From the NCBI GenBank assembly GCA_035275125.1, contig DATENJ010000300.1:1-40616 (forward strand): a DNA stretch of 40,616 nucleotides, read 5' to 3'. Below, piece after piece: positions 18,049 to 32,880 of the stretch (position 1 is the stretch's first letter; each line of letters starts with the position of its first letter). The notes under the pieces are model-generated. The model did not search any database, had not been told where the DNA came from, and saw nothing but the letters and a program-made list of their open reading frames with translations. The position numbers were made by a program, and so were the translations under genes. The DNA is from Actinomycetes bacterium. GTDB lineage: Bacteria > Actinomycetota > CALGFH01.

Positions 18049-18067
18049 AAACTACCACGACGTTAAG
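18049..18067 (-). promoter_or_regulatory. conserved 19-mer CTTAACGTCGTGGTAGTTT (copy B), extended -10-like TGnTAGTTT upstream of the aminotransferase
   Basis: It lies in the 99-bp divergent spacer between 18012 and 18112, nested inside the inverted repeat GGGAAAC-N18-GTTTCCC (18046..18077). Confidence 0.35.
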
Positions 18068-18111
18068 ATTGTTTCCCCGAGAGGCCGACGAGGCAAGACC
18101 TCCTGGCACCT

Positions 18112-19008
18112 GTGAAACCCGCGCCGTTCGACTATGCCGCCCCTGCCAGCCTCGACGAGGTGGTTGCGACCCTCGCCGAGCATGGCGACGACGCCAAGGT
18201 CCTGGCCGGTGGCCAGAGCCTGGTGCCGCTGCTGGCCTTCCGGCTGGCCGCTCCCTCGGTGCTGGTCGACCTCAACGGCGTCGCCGGGCTGGAGCACCTG
18301 CGCCTGGAGGGAGACCGGCTGGTGGTGGGTGCGCTCGTCAGGCAGCGGACGATCGAGCGGCTACCGGGTCTCCGTCGCCGGTGCGCGATGCTGGCCGAAG
18401 GTGTCGCCCAGATCGGCCACGTGGCCATCCGCAACCGGGGGACGGTGGGCGGCAGCCTGGCCCACGCCGACCCGGCCGCGGAATGGCCGGCGCTCGCCCT
18501 CGCCCTCGACGGCGAGTGTGAGGTCCTCGGGCCGCGGGGACGCCGGATCGTGCCCGCCGAAGCGCTGTTCGTCAGCTATCTCACCACCTCGCTCGAGCCC
18601 GACGAGCTCATCACCGAGCTGCGGCTGACGCTGCCCGGCGGCAAGGTCGGCTCCACCTTCGTGGAGCTGGCCCGCCGTCACGGGGATTTCGCGATTGCCG
18701 GGGTCGGCGCCATGCTGGGACTGGCCGAGGACGGCTCGGTGGGGCGGTCCCGGCTGGTCCTGATCGGTGTGGGCGAGCGGGCTGTGCGGGCACACCGGGC
18801 CGAGGCACTGCTGGTGGGGGAGAAGCCCAGCGACGAGCTGCTGGACGAGGCGGCGGCCGCGGTCGACGAGGCGATCGCGCCCGGATCGGACCTGCACGGC
18901 TCGGCCGAGTACCGCCGGCAGGTGGCCACGGTGCTGACTCGGCGGGCACTGGCCGTGGCGAGGGCCCGTGCCAACGGGAAGGAGATTGGGCCAGATGGCC
19001 AAGCGTGA
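18112..19008 (+). CDS. FAD-binding medium subunit of a xanthine dehydrogenase/CO dehydrogenase-family molybdenum hydroxylase (CoxM-like)
   Basis: A GTG start gives (M)KPAPFDYAAPASLDEVVATLAEHGDDAKVLAGGQSLVPLL, the typical CoxM N-terminus and FAD motif. The length is 298 aa. Confidence 0.9.
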   Translation: MKPAPFDYAAPASLDEVVATLAEHGDDAKVLAGGQSLVPLLAFRLAAPSVLVDLNGVAGLEHLRLEGDRLVVGALVRQRTIERLPGLRRRCAMLAEGVAQIGHVAIRNRGTVGGSLAHADPAAEWPALALALDGECEVLGPRGRRIVPAEALFVSYLTTSLEPDELITELRLTLPGGKVGSTFVELARRHGDFAIAGVGAMLGLAEDGSVGRSRLVLIGVGERAVRAHRAEALLVGEKPSDELLDEAAAAVDEAIAPGSDLHGSAEYRRQVATVLTRRALAVARARANGKEIGPDGQA

Positions 19009-19492
19009 GATCGAGCTCCGGGTCAACGGCCGCTCGCTGCGGGGGTTGGCGGAGCCGCGCATGACCCTGGCCGACTTCCTCCGTGACGTGCTCGGCCTGA
19101 CGGGCACGCACCTCGGCTGCGAGCACGGCGTCTGCGGCGCCTGCACGATCCTGCTGGATGGGCGCTCGGTCCGTTCCTGCCTGCTGTTCGCGGTCCAGGC
19201 CCAGGGGTGCGAGCTGCGCACGGTCGAGGGCCTGGCCGACACCGACGGTCCGCTCCATCCGATCCAGGAGGCGTTCTCGGAGCAGTTCGGGCTGCAGTGC
19301 GGCTTCTGCACGCCCGGGTTCCTGATGAGCGTGTGCGAGCTGCTGGCCGACGACCCCGACCCGGGCGAGGAGGAGATCCGCGTCCACCTGAGCGGCAACC
19401 TCTGCCGCTGCACCGGCTACCAGAGCATCGTCGCGGCGGTGCAGGCGGCCGCCAGGCGCCTTTCGGCTCAGCCGAGCAGCGAGCGGACGTAG
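18995..19492 (+). CDS. (2Fe-2S)-binding small subunit (CoxS-like)
   Basis: The ATG at 18995 ([12 protein letters not shown]) overlaps the coxM-like end by 14 nt. Two cluster motifs are present: [15 protein letters not shown] and CGFCTPGF...CRCTGY. Confidence 0.92.
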   Translation: MAKREIELRVNGRSLRGLAEPRMTLADFLRDVLGLTGTHLGCEHGVCGACTILLDGRSVRSCLLFAVQAQGCELRTVEGLADTDGPLHPIQEAFSEQFGLQCGFCTPGFLMSVCELLADDPDPGEEEIRVHLSGNLCRCTGYQSIVAAVQAAARRLSAQPSSERT

Positions 19493-21777
19493 GCGGGGCT
19501 GAGCGGCGTGCGGCGGACCACCTCGCCCGACCCGAGGGCGTCTTCGACGGCGTTGGCGATCACGGCCGGACCGGGGATGGTCCCGCCCTCGCCCACGCCC
19601 TTGACGCCGAGGGGGTTCAGCGGCGACGGCGTCTCCATGTGGGCGAGGGTGATCGGCGGCACGTCGGCGGCGGTGGGCACCAGATACTCGGCAAGGGTCC
19701 CGGAGAGGAGCTGCCCCTCCTCGTCGTAGACCAGCTCCTCGAACAGGGCGCCGCCGATGCCCTGGGCGACCCCGCCGCGGACCTGGCCGTCGACGATCGC
19801 CGGGTTGATCGGGCGGCCGCAGTCGTGGACCACGGCGTAGCGCAGGACCCGGACCTCGCCGGTGCCGGGATCGACCTCGACCACCGCCGCATGGGCCCCG
19901 TTGGCCCAGGTCACGGTGGGCGGCTCGAAGTACTCGGTGGCGGCCAGCTCGCCCCCGCCGGCCTCGGCCGCGCGGGCCACCTCGCCCAGGTCCAGGCCGC
20001 GTTCGGGCGATCCCACCACCGCCACCCGGCCGTCGCTGACGACCAGGTCGGCAGTGGCCACCTCGAGCAGGTCGGCCGCCTGGGCAACCGCCTGCTCGCG
20101 GACGGTCAGGGCGGCCGCGGCCACTGCGTTCCCGGCCACCACCGCGCTGCGCGAAGCGACCGTCCCCCAGCCACGTTCCAGCCCGGCGGTGTCACCCCCG
20201 ATGACCGTCACGGCGGCCGGGTCCACCCCGAGGCGCTCGGCGCAGACCTGGGCCAGCACGGTGGCGTGGCCCTGGCCCTGGGAGCAGGCGCCGGTCCGGA
20301 CCAGGACCCCGCCATCGTGGGCCACCCGCACCGCCGCACCCTCGAAGGGCCCGATGCCGGTGCCCTCCACGTAGCAGGCGACCCCGACGCCGAGGCGGCG
20401 CCCGTTCGAGGGTGCGGACCGTCCGACCGTTCGCTTCGTGGCGCCGTCGTAGTCGACCAGCTCGGCCGCGCGCCGCAGGGCGGCCGGGTAGTCGCCACCG
20501 TCGAGCACCAGCGGCTCCCCGTCCCGGTAGAGGATGCCGGCCCGGAACGGCAGCTCGTCGGGGCGGAGCAGGTTGCGCAGGCGCAGCTCGACCGGGTCCA
20601 GGTCGAGAGCGCGGGCGGCCCGCTCGATGGCCCGCTCCATCGCGAACACCGCCTCGGGGCGGCCGGCGCCCCGGTAGGGGGCGGCCGGGACCTTGTTGGT
20701 GAGCACGGCGGTGGCCACCGCCTCGAGGTTCGGTACCCGGTAGGGGCCCTGGAGGTGGGCGATGGTGTTGTAGGGGATCACCAGGCCCAGCGGGTTGAAG
20801 GCGCCGCTGTCCACCAGGAATTGGTCGCGCAGGGCCAGCATGCGGCCGTCTCGGTCAAGGCCCAGCTCGACGTGGTGGACCTGCTCGCGGGCGTGGATCG
20901 CACTGCGCATGTGCTCGGCCCGGTCCTCGACCCACTTGACCGGCCGGCCGGTGCGCAGGGCGAGCAGGGCGACGATCAGGTCCTCGGGGTACAGCACGCC
21001 CTTGCCGCCGAAGCCGCCGCCGACGTCGGGGGCGACCACCCGGACCCGGTCCGGGGCCAGCCCGGCGACCCGGCTCACCGCCCGGCGCAGTGGATGGGCG
21101 TTCTGGGTGGTGGACCAGAGGGTGAGCAGGCCGGCGGAGTCGTAGTCGGCGAGGGCGGCCCTGGTCTCGAGCGGCAGGGGCGCCTGGCGCTGGATCGCGA
21201 ACCGTTCGCGGACCACCACCTCCGCGTGGGCGAGCGCGGCGTTCGCGTCGCCGCTGCGCACCTCGAAGTGGACGGCCACGTTGTCGTCCCAGCCGTCGTG
21301 GACCAGGGGCGCGCCAGGGGCCAGGGCCGCCTCCGGGTCGGTCACCGCCGGCAGCGGGTCGTAGTCGACCTCGATCAGCTCGGCGGCGTCCTCGGCCAGG
21401 TAGCGGTCGGCGGCCAGGAGGACCGCGACCGCCTGCCCGGCGTAGCGGACCCGGTCGGCCGGTAGCAGCGGCGGGTGGCAGGGCCGCAGCAGCGGGCGCA
21501 GCGCCGCCACCAGCTTCTCGGGCGGCGTGTCCCACAGGAACGGCGGCAGCGTGCCTGCCGGCAGGTCCTGGGCGGTGAACACCCCGGCCACCCCGGGCAG
21601 GGCCAGGGCGGCGGCGGCGTCGACGCCCAGGAGGCGGGCGTGGGCCACCGGGCTGCGGACGAAGTGGGCGTGGAGCTGCCCGGGACGGGCCAGATCGGCC
21701 ACGAACCGCCCGGCGCCGCGCAGCAGCCGGTCGTCCTCGCGCCGGGGCAGCGACCGCCCGATCCAGCTCTGTCCCAC
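19468..21777 (-). CDS. molybdopterin-binding large subunit (form-II CoxL / xanthine dehydrogenase family)
   Basis: GAGGAGG + 5 nt precedes the GTG at 21777 ([21 protein letters not shown]). The active-site loop reads [12 protein letters not shown], i.e. the AYRGAGR-type form-II signature, not the AYRCSFR of true CODH. It is on the opposite strand to its partner subunits, with a 25-nt 3' overlap with the coxS-like gene. Confidence 0.9.
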   Translation of the reverse strand: MGQSWIGRSLPRREDDRLLRGAGRFVADLARPGQLHAHFVRSPVAHARLLGVDAAAALALPGVAGVFTAQDLPAGTLPPFLWDTPPEKLVAALRPLLRPCHPPLLPADRVRYAGQAVAVLLAADRYLAEDAAELIEVDYDPLPAVTDPEAALAPGAPLVHDGWDDNVAVHFEVRSGDANAALAHAEVVVRERFAIQRQAPLPLETRAALADYDSAGLLTLWSTTQNAHPLRRAVSRVAGLAPDRVRVVAPDVGGGFGGKGVLYPEDLIVALLALRTGRPVKWVEDRAEHMRSAIHAREQVHHVELGLDRDGRMLALRDQFLVDSGAFNPLGLVIPYNTIAHLQGPYRVPNLEAVATAVLTNKVPAAPYRGAGRPEAVFAMERAIERAARALDLDPVELRLRNLLRPDELPFRAGILYRDGEPLVLDGGDYPAALRRAAELVDYDGATKRTVGRSAPSNGRRLGVGVACYVEGTGIGPFEGAAVRVAHDGGVLVRTGACSQGQGHATVLAQVCAERLGVDPAAVTVIGGDTAGLERGWGTVASRSAVVAGNAVAAAALTVREQAVAQAADLLEVATADLVVSDGRVAVVGSPERGLDLGEVARAAEAGGGELAATEYFEPPTVTWANGAHAAVVEVDPGTGEVRVLRYAVVHDCGRPINPAIVDGQVRGGVAQGIGGALFEELVYDEEGQLLSGTLAEYLVPTAADVPPITLAHMETPSPLNPLGVKGVGEGGTIPGPAVIANAVEDALGSGEVVRRTPLSPAYVRSLLG

Positions 21778-21795
21778 GCCAGCCTCCTCGGCTAC

Positions 21796-21813
21796 AATCT
21801 CAACCTCAAGATA
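21796..21813. promoter_or_regulatory. pseudo-palindrome TATCT-N8-AGATt (site 2) in the coxL-like/SDR divergent spacer
   Basis: The minus strand reads TATCTTGAGGTTGAGATT. It overlaps a plus-strand TACAAT -10-like box at 21793..21798. Confidence 0.4.
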
Positions 21814-21838
21814 TCCTACCGAGGAAGGGCCGTAGGCG

Positions 21839-22591
21839 ATGCGGGTCGACCTCGCTGGCGCCGTTGCCCTGGTCACCGGGGCCAGTCGCGGCATCGGCAG
21901 GGCGGCCGCCCTGGCCCTGGCCGAGGCCGGCTGCGACGTCGCCGGCCTGGCCCGGAGTCAGGCCGACCTCGAGTCGCTCGGCACGGAGGTCGGCGCCGCC
22001 GGCCGTGCGTTCCTGCCGCTGGCGGCCGACCTGACCGACCTGGAGCGCCTGCCGGGCATCGTCGCGGCCGCCTGGGAATGGCGCGGCGGTCTCGACGTGC
22101 TGGTCAACGGGGCCGGCGTCATCGTCCGGACCGAGCCGCCGGCGATCACCCCCGAGGCCTGGGACCACACCTTCGCCGTGAACGTCCGCGGCCCCTTCTT
22201 CCTGACCCAGGAGGTCGGCGCCCGCATGCTGGCCGGACGGGGCGGCAGCGTCGTCAACATCGCCTCCCTGGCCGGCGAGCGGGTGACCGGCGCGGCCATC
22301 CCCTACCAGGCCAGCAAGGCGGCGATGATCCAGCTCACGCGGGCCCTGGCGGTCCGCTGGGCGCCACGGGTGCGGGTCAACGCCGTCGGGCCGGGATACA
22401 TCCGGACCAGCCTGAACGCCACCTGGCTGGCCGACCCGGGCAACCGGGCCTATGTCGAGGGCCACACCCCGCTCGGCCGGGTCGGCCAGGTGGACGACGT
22501 CGTCGGGGCGGTGGTCTTCCTCGCCTCGCCGGCCGCGGGCTACATCACCGGGCAGCACCTGCGGATCGACGGGGGCTGGAGCGCCCAGTAG
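21839..22591 (+). CDS. SDR-family oxidoreductase
   Basis: The cofactor motif TGASRGIGRAAA and the catalytic YQASKAA are present. The length is 250 aa and a GGAAGGG SD lies upstream. Confidence 0.92.
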   Translation: MRVDLAGAVALVTGASRGIGRAAALALAEAGCDVAGLARSQADLESLGTEVGAAGRAFLPLAADLTDLERLPGIVAAAWEWRGGLDVLVNGAGVIVRTEPPAITPEAWDHTFAVNVRGPFFLTQEVGARMLAGRGGSVVNIASLAGERVTGAAIPYQASKAAMIQLTRALAVRWAPRVRVNAVGPGYIRTSLNATWLADPGNRAYVEGHTPLGRVGQVDDVVGAVVFLASPAAGYITGQHLRIDGGWSAQ

Positions 22592-23156
22592 CGTCCGGAG
22601 CCCGGCCGGGGTCGCGCGACCTGGTCGGCGGCGGGCGGTCCTCGAACTGCAGGAGCAGCCGGCGCAGCACCTCGGCCAGCTGGGCGCGCTCCTCGACGGT
22701 GAGCGAGGACAGCAGCCGGTGCTCGTTGGCGGTGTGGGCCGCCACCGCCTCGTTGATCACCTTCTGGCCCTTGTCGGTGAGGGCCACCAGCAGGCTGCGG
22801 CCGTCCCCTGGGTCGGGGATGCGTTCGACGAGGCCGGCCGTGGCCAGCCGCTCCAGCCGGTTGGTCATGGCCCCCGAGGAGACCAGCAGCGCGTTGTAGA
22901 GATCGGTGGGGGACAGGGTGTGCGGCGGCCCGGCCCGGCGCAGCGCCGCCAGCACCGCGAACTGCGGCTCGTTCAGACCGGAGCCGGCCAACACGGTGGC
23001 GATGCTCCGCTCCAGGAACCGCGACAGCCGCGACATGCGGCCGATGATGCCCATCGGGGACACGTCGAGGTCCGGCCGCTGCTGGGCCCACTGCTCGAGG
23101 ATGTGGTCGACGTGGTCCTGCGGCGGCGCCTGCTCGACGGCCTGGTCGCTCGACAT
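22545..23156 (-). CDS. MarR-family transcriptional regulator (MarR2)
   Basis: FAVLAALRRAGPPHTLSPTDLYNALLVSSGAMTNRLERLATAGLVERIPDPGDGRSLLVALTDKG is paralogous to MarR1. TAGAAT + 6 nt precedes the ATG. The low-complexity C-terminal tail is encoded antisense to the last 47 nt of the SDR gene. Confidence 0.9.
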   Translation of the reverse strand: MSSDQAVEQAPPQDHVDHILEQWAQQRPDLDVSPMGIIGRMSRLSRFLERSIATVLAGSGLNEPQFAVLAALRRAGPPHTLSPTDLYNALLVSSGAMTNRLERLATAGLVERIPDPGDGRSLLVALTDKGQKVINEAVAAHTANEHRLLSSLTVEERAQLAEVLRRLLLQFEDRPPPTRSRDPGRAPDATGRSSPRRSAGAAR

Positions 23157-23162
23157 AGAGAG

Positions 23163-23168
23163 ATTCTA
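23163..23168 (-). promoter_or_regulatory. -10-like TAGAAT placed 6 nt before the MarR2 ATG (leaderless-type promoter)
   Basis: The minus strand reads CGTAGAATCTCTCT-ATG. There is no SD. Confidence 0.4.
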
Positions 23169-23221
23169 CGGCTGCCCCCGGCCCCTGCCCATTCGAGCTT
23201 GACGCCACCTGGGCCGTAAGG

Positions 23222-23239
23222 TATCTAAACGCTAAGATA
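23222..23239. promoter_or_regulatory. pseudo-palindrome TATCT-N8-AGATA (site 3) in the MarR2/LLM divergent spacer
   Basis: The plus strand reads TATCTAAACGCTAAGATA. It overlaps a TAAGAT -10-like box (23233..23238) upstream of the LLM gene. Confidence 0.4.
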
Positions 23240-23274
23240 ACTTGCCGCACGGGGTCGGCACCACGGGAGCGGAG

Positions 23275-24282
23275 ATGGAGCGCGTCGGGTTTGCGGTCGG
23301 CTACGACCCCGCCATGGACGGCCGCGACATGGCCCACTGGATGGGTGAGGCCGAGCGGCGCGGCTACGAGATTGGCTTCTTCTCCGAGACGATTGAGCTG
23401 ATGAGAGACTCGGTCACCTCGCTCATGGCCATCGGGCAGGCCACCGAGCGGCTGGTCGTCGGCTGCACCCAGATCGTCCGGCTGCGCACCCCTCTGGTGA
23501 TGGCCCAGACGGCCGCCGCCCTGGATGAGCTGACCGGCGGCCGGCTACTGCTGGCCCCCGGCGCCTGCACCAGCACCCACGCCAAGCGCCACGGCCTTGA
23601 GCCGGCCGACCCTGCGGTCGCCCTCCGCGAGTGGGTCGAGTCGATGCGCGCCATCCTCACCGGCGAGCGGGTCAGCTACCACGGCCAGGTGGTCCACTTC
23701 GACGACGTGCAGCTCGGCTTCAAGCCGGCCCGCGACCAGATCCCGATGTTCATCCCGGCGACCAGCCGCACGGGGCTGCGGATCGCCGGCCAGATCGGCG
23801 ACGGCGTGGTGCTGAACGCCGTCTGCTCGCCCGAGTACTCGGCCAACGCCCTCAAGATCGTGCGCGAGGCGATCGAGGAGTCCGGCCGCGACTGGGACTC
23901 CTTCGCCGTCTACCAGCTCGTCAACTGCTCGGTCGAGGACGACGAGCAGACCGCCCTTGACGCCATCCGCTGGGAGGTGGCCAGCAAGCTCGACCCCATC
24001 CAGCTCCCCTTCATCGCCGGGCCGAAGATGCGGGTCGGCGAGCCGTACTTCCACCCCGACGACTTCCCCAGGTTCGAGGAGGCCTGGAAGCGGGGCGGCA
24101 AGGAGGAGCTGATCGCGGCCGTGCCCGACTCCTATATCCGGGGCATGACCGCCAGCGGCACCCCCGATCAGGTCAAGGCCAAGGTGCAGCAGTTCCGTGA
24201 CGTCGGGGTGCAGGTCCCGATCCTGCGGCCGGCCGCCGCCCACCAAGCCGAGCGCCTGCTCGACCTGTTCGCCCCGGCCTAG
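23275..24282 (+). CDS. LLM-class (luciferase-like) flavin/F420-dependent oxidoreductase
   Basis: MERVGFAVGY.. is preceded by GGGAGCGGAG (the track starts at TTG 23242). The sequence includes GRLLLAPGACTS.. and IAGQIGDGVVLN, and the C-terminus is typical of the LLM family. Confidence 0.85.
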   Translation: MERVGFAVGYDPAMDGRDMAHWMGEAERRGYEIGFFSETIELMRDSVTSLMAIGQATERLVVGCTQIVRLRTPLVMAQTAAALDELTGGRLLLAPGACTSTHAKRHGLEPADPAVALREWVESMRAILTGERVSYHGQVVHFDDVQLGFKPARDQIPMFIPATSRTGLRIAGQIGDGVVLNAVCSPEYSANALKIVREAIEESGRDWDSFAVYQLVNCSVEDDEQTALDAIRWEVASKLDPIQLPFIAGPKMRVGEPYFHPDDFPRFEEAWKRGGKEELIAAVPDSYIRGMTASGTPDQVKAKVQQFRDVGVQVPILRPAAAHQAERLLDLFAPA

Positions 24283-24304
24283 GCGGCGCCATGGAGGCGC
24301 CGCC
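24282..24304. terminator. GC hairpin (9-bp perfect stem GGCGGCGCC/GGCGCCGCC, 5-nt loop) between the convergent LLM and hyuB2 genes
   Basis: Read directly from the sequence. A second hairpin GCCGCCC-N6-GGGCGGC lies at 24320..24339. There is no U-tract (an I-shaped terminator type common in high-GC bacteria). Confidence 0.5.
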
Positions 24305-24357
24305 GACACGCTGACCACGGCCGCCCCGGGCCGGGCGGCTGGATTCGACCGACGACG

Positions 24358-29543
<5,186 letters not shown>

Positions 29544-29598
29544 CCGAAGCACGCGGACGCGACCGCGCTCCCGCCCACGCCGAGTCGCGCCACCGGCC

Positions 29599-29646
29599 CT
29601 GGCGACCCGGCGGCTGGCCACCGGTGGTTCGGGAGCTTGTCGCCAG
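29599..29646 (+). terminator. compound hairpin (outer stem CTGGCGAC/GTCGCCAG) followed by a T-rich tract, downstream of gdhA
   Basis: An 8-bp outer stem encloses the self-complementary CCACCGGTGG. It is followed by TTGCTTTCGGTTTGG. Confidence 0.35.
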
Positions 29647-29782
29647 TTGCTTTCGGTTTGGCCATTTGGCGGCGTTTGCCCGGTGAAGTTCCCCTGCTCG
29701 TCGTCCACAGCCCCTGTCCTTGCCATCTCGGGCACCTACTCCGGGGGGAGCAGCAGCCGTCTCGACCCGTGCGAGGTGCTCC

Positions 29783-31351
29783 ATGGCTGGCCCCCACCCT
29801 CTCCCCTCGACCATCGCCAGACGGAAGTTCCTGGCCGGGACCGCCGGCACGGCCGGCCTCCTGATGGCGGCGGCCGTTCCCGGCGCCTGGGCGGCGCCGT
29901 CCCGGCGGCTGGATGACCCGTTCACCCTCGGGGTGGCCTCGGGCGACCCGACCCCGACCGGGGTGGTGCTGTGGACCCGCCTGGCGCCCCGCCCACTGGA
30001 GCCGGACGGGGGCATGCCCGGCCGGGCGGTCCCGGTCCAGTGGGAGGTGGCCACCGGGCCGCGGATCCGCAACGTGGTCCGCCGCGGCGTCGCCCTTGCC
30101 CATCCCCGCTACGCCCACAGCGTCCACGTCGAGGTCGACGGGCTCGACCCGGGCCGCACCTACTGGTACCGCTTCCGCGCCGAGGGGCACCTGAGCCGGG
30201 TCGGGCGGACCCGGACCACACCCGACCCGTTGCGGGCCCTGAAGCGGCTGACCTTCGCGTTCGCCTCCTGCCAGCAGTGGGAGCGTGGCTGGTACGTGGC
30301 CTGGCGGCATCTGGCCGAGGAGGACCTGGACCTGGTGCTCTTCCTCGGCGACTACATCTACGAGGGTGCCGGCCGGGGCGGGGGCGTGCGCCGCCACGCC
30401 GGCCGGGAGCCGACCACCCTGGCCGGCTACCGGGTCCGTCATGCCCAGTACAAGACCGACCCCGACCTCCAGGCCGCCCACGGCCGCCACCCCTTCGTGG
30501 TCACCTGGGACGACCATGAGGTCGAGAACGACTACGCCGGGTCGCATCCGGCCGACGGCGGCGACCCGGCCGCCTTCGCCCGCCGCCGGGCCGCCGCCTA
30601 CCGGGCCTACTGGGAGCACCTGCCCATCCGCCGGCGTCCCCCGGACGGCCCCAACCTGCCGCTGTACCGGCGCCTGGCCTTCGGCGACCTGGTCGAGCTG
30701 TCCGTTCTCGACACCCGCCAGTACCGCGACGACCAGGCATGCGTGGCGAGCGGCGGCGGGCAGGTGGTGACCTGCTCCGAGCGCACCGACCCGCGCCGCT
30801 CCATCCTCGGCCGACGCCAGCGGCGCTGGCTGCTGGAGGGCCTTGACCGCTCCCAGGCCCGCTGGAACGTCCTCGCCCAGCAGGTCCTGATGACCGAGGT
30901 CGACCTGCGCCTCGGCCCGGGCCGGGCCTGGTACAGCGACGCCTGGGACGACTATTCCGCCGACCGGGCTCGGCTGCTGCGGTTCATCGCCCGGCGCCGC
31001 CCGGCCAACCCGGTGGTGCTGAGTGGCGACATCCACTCCTTCTTCGTCAACGACCTCAAGCTCGACAACCGCCGCGAGCATGCGCCGGTGCTGGCCACCG
31101 AGTTCGTCGGCACCTCGATCACCTCCGGCGCCGGCAAGTACGGCGCCTTCGCCAGGCACCTGCCGGAGAACCCCCACATCCGCTTCTTCGAGAGCCGCCT
31201 GCGCGGCTACACCCGCTGCACCATCCGCCCCGACAGCTGGCACACCGACCTGCGGGTGGTGAGCTCGATCACCGACCGCCACGCCAAGGTGCGCACCCTG
31301 GCCCGCTTCCTGGTCGAGGACGGCCGACCCGGCGCCCGCCGCCTCCACTGA
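29783..31351 (+). CDS. phoD: alkaline phosphatase D family protein (Tat-secreted)
   Basis: The ATG at 29783 is preceded by GAGGTG. The twin-arginine signal is ARRKFLAGTAGTAGLLMAAAVPGAWA. FTLGVASGDPTPTGVVLWTRL is typical of PhoD. Confidence 0.9.
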   Translation: MAGPHPLPSTIARRKFLAGTAGTAGLLMAAAVPGAWAAPSRRLDDPFTLGVASGDPTPTGVVLWTRLAPRPLEPDGGMPGRAVPVQWEVATGPRIRNVVRRGVALAHPRYAHSVHVEVDGLDPGRTYWYRFRAEGHLSRVGRTRTTPDPLRALKRLTFAFASCQQWERGWYVAWRHLAEEDLDLVLFLGDYIYEGAGRGGGVRRHAGREPTTLAGYRVRHAQYKTDPDLQAAHGRHPFVVTWDDHEVENDYAGSHPADGGDPAAFARRRAAAYRAYWEHLPIRRRPPDGPNLPLYRRLAFGDLVELSVLDTRQYRDDQACVASGGGQVVTCSERTDPRRSILGRRQRRWLLEGLDRSQARWNVLAQQVLMTEVDLRLGPGRAWYSDAWDDYSADRARLLRFIARRRPANPVVLSGDIHSFFVNDLKLDNRREHAPVLATEFVGTSITSGAGKYGAFARHLPENPHIRFFESRLRGYTRCTIRPDSWHTDLRVVSSITDRHAKVRTLARFLVEDGRPGARRLH

Positions 31352-31476
31352 ACGTCCGCGAGCCGTCAGCGGATGGCCAGCGCCCGTTCGCTTCCATGCC
31401 CGGGAGTGGCTGACCGGCTGCTCTAGCCTGCCACCGACCAGCCGCCGTGCCGCTCACACCAACTTCGGAGGTCGCC

Positions 31477-32862
31477 TTGTCGTCACTTGGAGCTCTGCCG
31501 CCACGCCGGCGCGGGGTCGTGCTCGCACTCCTCACCGTGCTCGCCCTCCTGGTCCCGGCCCTGGCGCTCGCCCGTTCCGGCGCCAGCGACCGGACCCGGG
31601 AGGTCGCCAGGGCCGTCCAGGGCGGCCGCGCCCGCAACGTCCTGCTGTTCATCGGCGACGGCATGGGCGACTCCGAGATCACCATCGCCCGCAACTACGC
31701 CGTCGGCGCCGCCGGTCGCCTGACCATGGACTGGCTGCCCCTGACCGGCGCCTACACCACCTACGCGCTGCAGGAGGCCGACCCCTCGCTGCCCGACTAC
31801 GTGACCGACTCGGCCGCCTCGGGGACCGGCTGGGCGACCGGGCACAAGACCTCCAACGGCCGCATCTCGACCACCGCCGGCACCGACACCGACCTGGCGA
31901 CCATCCTCGAGCTGGCCCAGGCCCGCGGCTTCCGGACCGGCGACGTGAGCACGGCCGAGCTGACCGACGCCACCCCGGCCGTGCTCGCCGCCCACGTGGC
32001 CGCCCGCTCCTGCCAGGGGCCGGCCGACATGGCCAGCTGCCCCCAGGACAAGAAGTCGGCCGGCGGTCCCGGCTCGATCGCCGAGCAGCAGGTCGACCAC
32101 AACGTCGACGTGCTCCTGGGCGGCGGCCGGCAGCGGTTCGAGCAGACCGTCGACGGCGGACCGGACGCCGGCCGGACCGTGGTGGCGTCGGCCGAGCGCC
32201 AGGGCTACCAGGTCGTGACCGACGCTTCCGGCCTGGCCGCGGCCGGCGCCACGCCCCTGCTCGGGCTGTTCAGTGCCGGCAACATGAGCCTGGATTGGTC
32301 CGGCGAGCTGGCCAGGCCCTACCCCGGGAGCGGCCCCCAGCGCTGTGTCGAAGGGCAGCGGCCGGCGGCCCAGCCCAGCCTGGCCGACATGAGCACCAAG
32401 GCCATCTCCCTGCTCGAGACCAGGTCCAAGGGCCGGCGGCACGGATTCTTCCTCCAGGTCGAGGGTGCCTCCATCGACAAGCAGGACCACGCCGAGAACC
32501 CCTGCGGCCAGATCGGCGAGACCGTCGCCTTCGACCGCGCCATCGCCGTCGGGCTGGCCTACGCCAAGCGCCACCCCGACACCCTGGTCGTCGTCACCGC
32601 CGACCACGGCCACACCAGCCAGATCATCGAGCCCCAGACCGCCACCGACCACAGCCCGGGCGCGATCTCGACCCTGGTCACCGCCGACGGCGCCGAGATG
32701 GTCGTCAACTACGCCACCAACCTCGACGGCCGCTCCCAGTCCCACACCGGCACCCAGGTCCGCATCGCCGCCCAGGGCCCCCAGGCGGCCAACGTCGTCG
32801 GGATCAGCGACCAGACCGACCTGTTCCACACCATGGCCCGCGCCCTCGGCCTCTCGGGCTAG
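31477..32862 (+). CDS. phoA: alkaline phosphatase (PhoA family), secreted
   Basis: NVLLFIGDGMGDSEITIARNY and the active-site DSAASGTGWATGHKT are present. The preferred start is TTG 31477 (GGAGG + 5 nt upstream), which gives a signal peptide SSLGALPPRRRGVVLALL..ALA. The track start at 31447 (GTG) is an alternative. Confidence 0.9.
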   Translation: MSSLGALPPRRRGVVLALLTVLALLVPALALARSGASDRTREVARAVQGGRARNVLLFIGDGMGDSEITIARNYAVGAAGRLTMDWLPLTGAYTTYALQEADPSLPDYVTDSAASGTGWATGHKTSNGRISTTAGTDTDLATILELAQARGFRTGDVSTAELTDATPAVLAAHVAARSCQGPADMASCPQDKKSAGGPGSIAEQQVDHNVDVLLGGGRQRFEQTVDGGPDAGRTVVASAERQGYQVVTDASGLAAAGATPLLGLFSAGNMSLDWSGELARPYPGSGPQRCVEGQRPAAQPSLADMSTKAISLLETRSKGRRHGFFLQVEGASIDKQDHAENPCGQIGETVAFDRAIAVGLAYAKRHPDTLVVVTADHGHTSQIIEPQTATDHSPGAISTLVTADGAEMVVNYATNLDGRSQSHTGTQVRIAAQGPQAANVVGISDQTDLFHTMARALGLSG

Positions 32863-32880
32863 GCCCGCCGCGCCCCTAGA

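Noticed and set aside
19470-21792. A 7-bp inverted repeat, AGCCGAG (19470..19476) and CTCGGCT (21786..21792), flanking the coxL-like gene as a possible inversion footprint.
   Set aside because: It is too short to be meaningful in 40 kb of GC-rich DNA, and no recombinase is nearby.
29544-31446. PHO boxes upstream of phoD and phoA. The candidates are CTTCACCGGGC on the minus strand near 29680 and GTTCGCTTCCA near 31395.
   Set aside because: These are single degenerate units with 3-4 mismatches and no adjacent 11-nt direct repeat, so they are not supportable.
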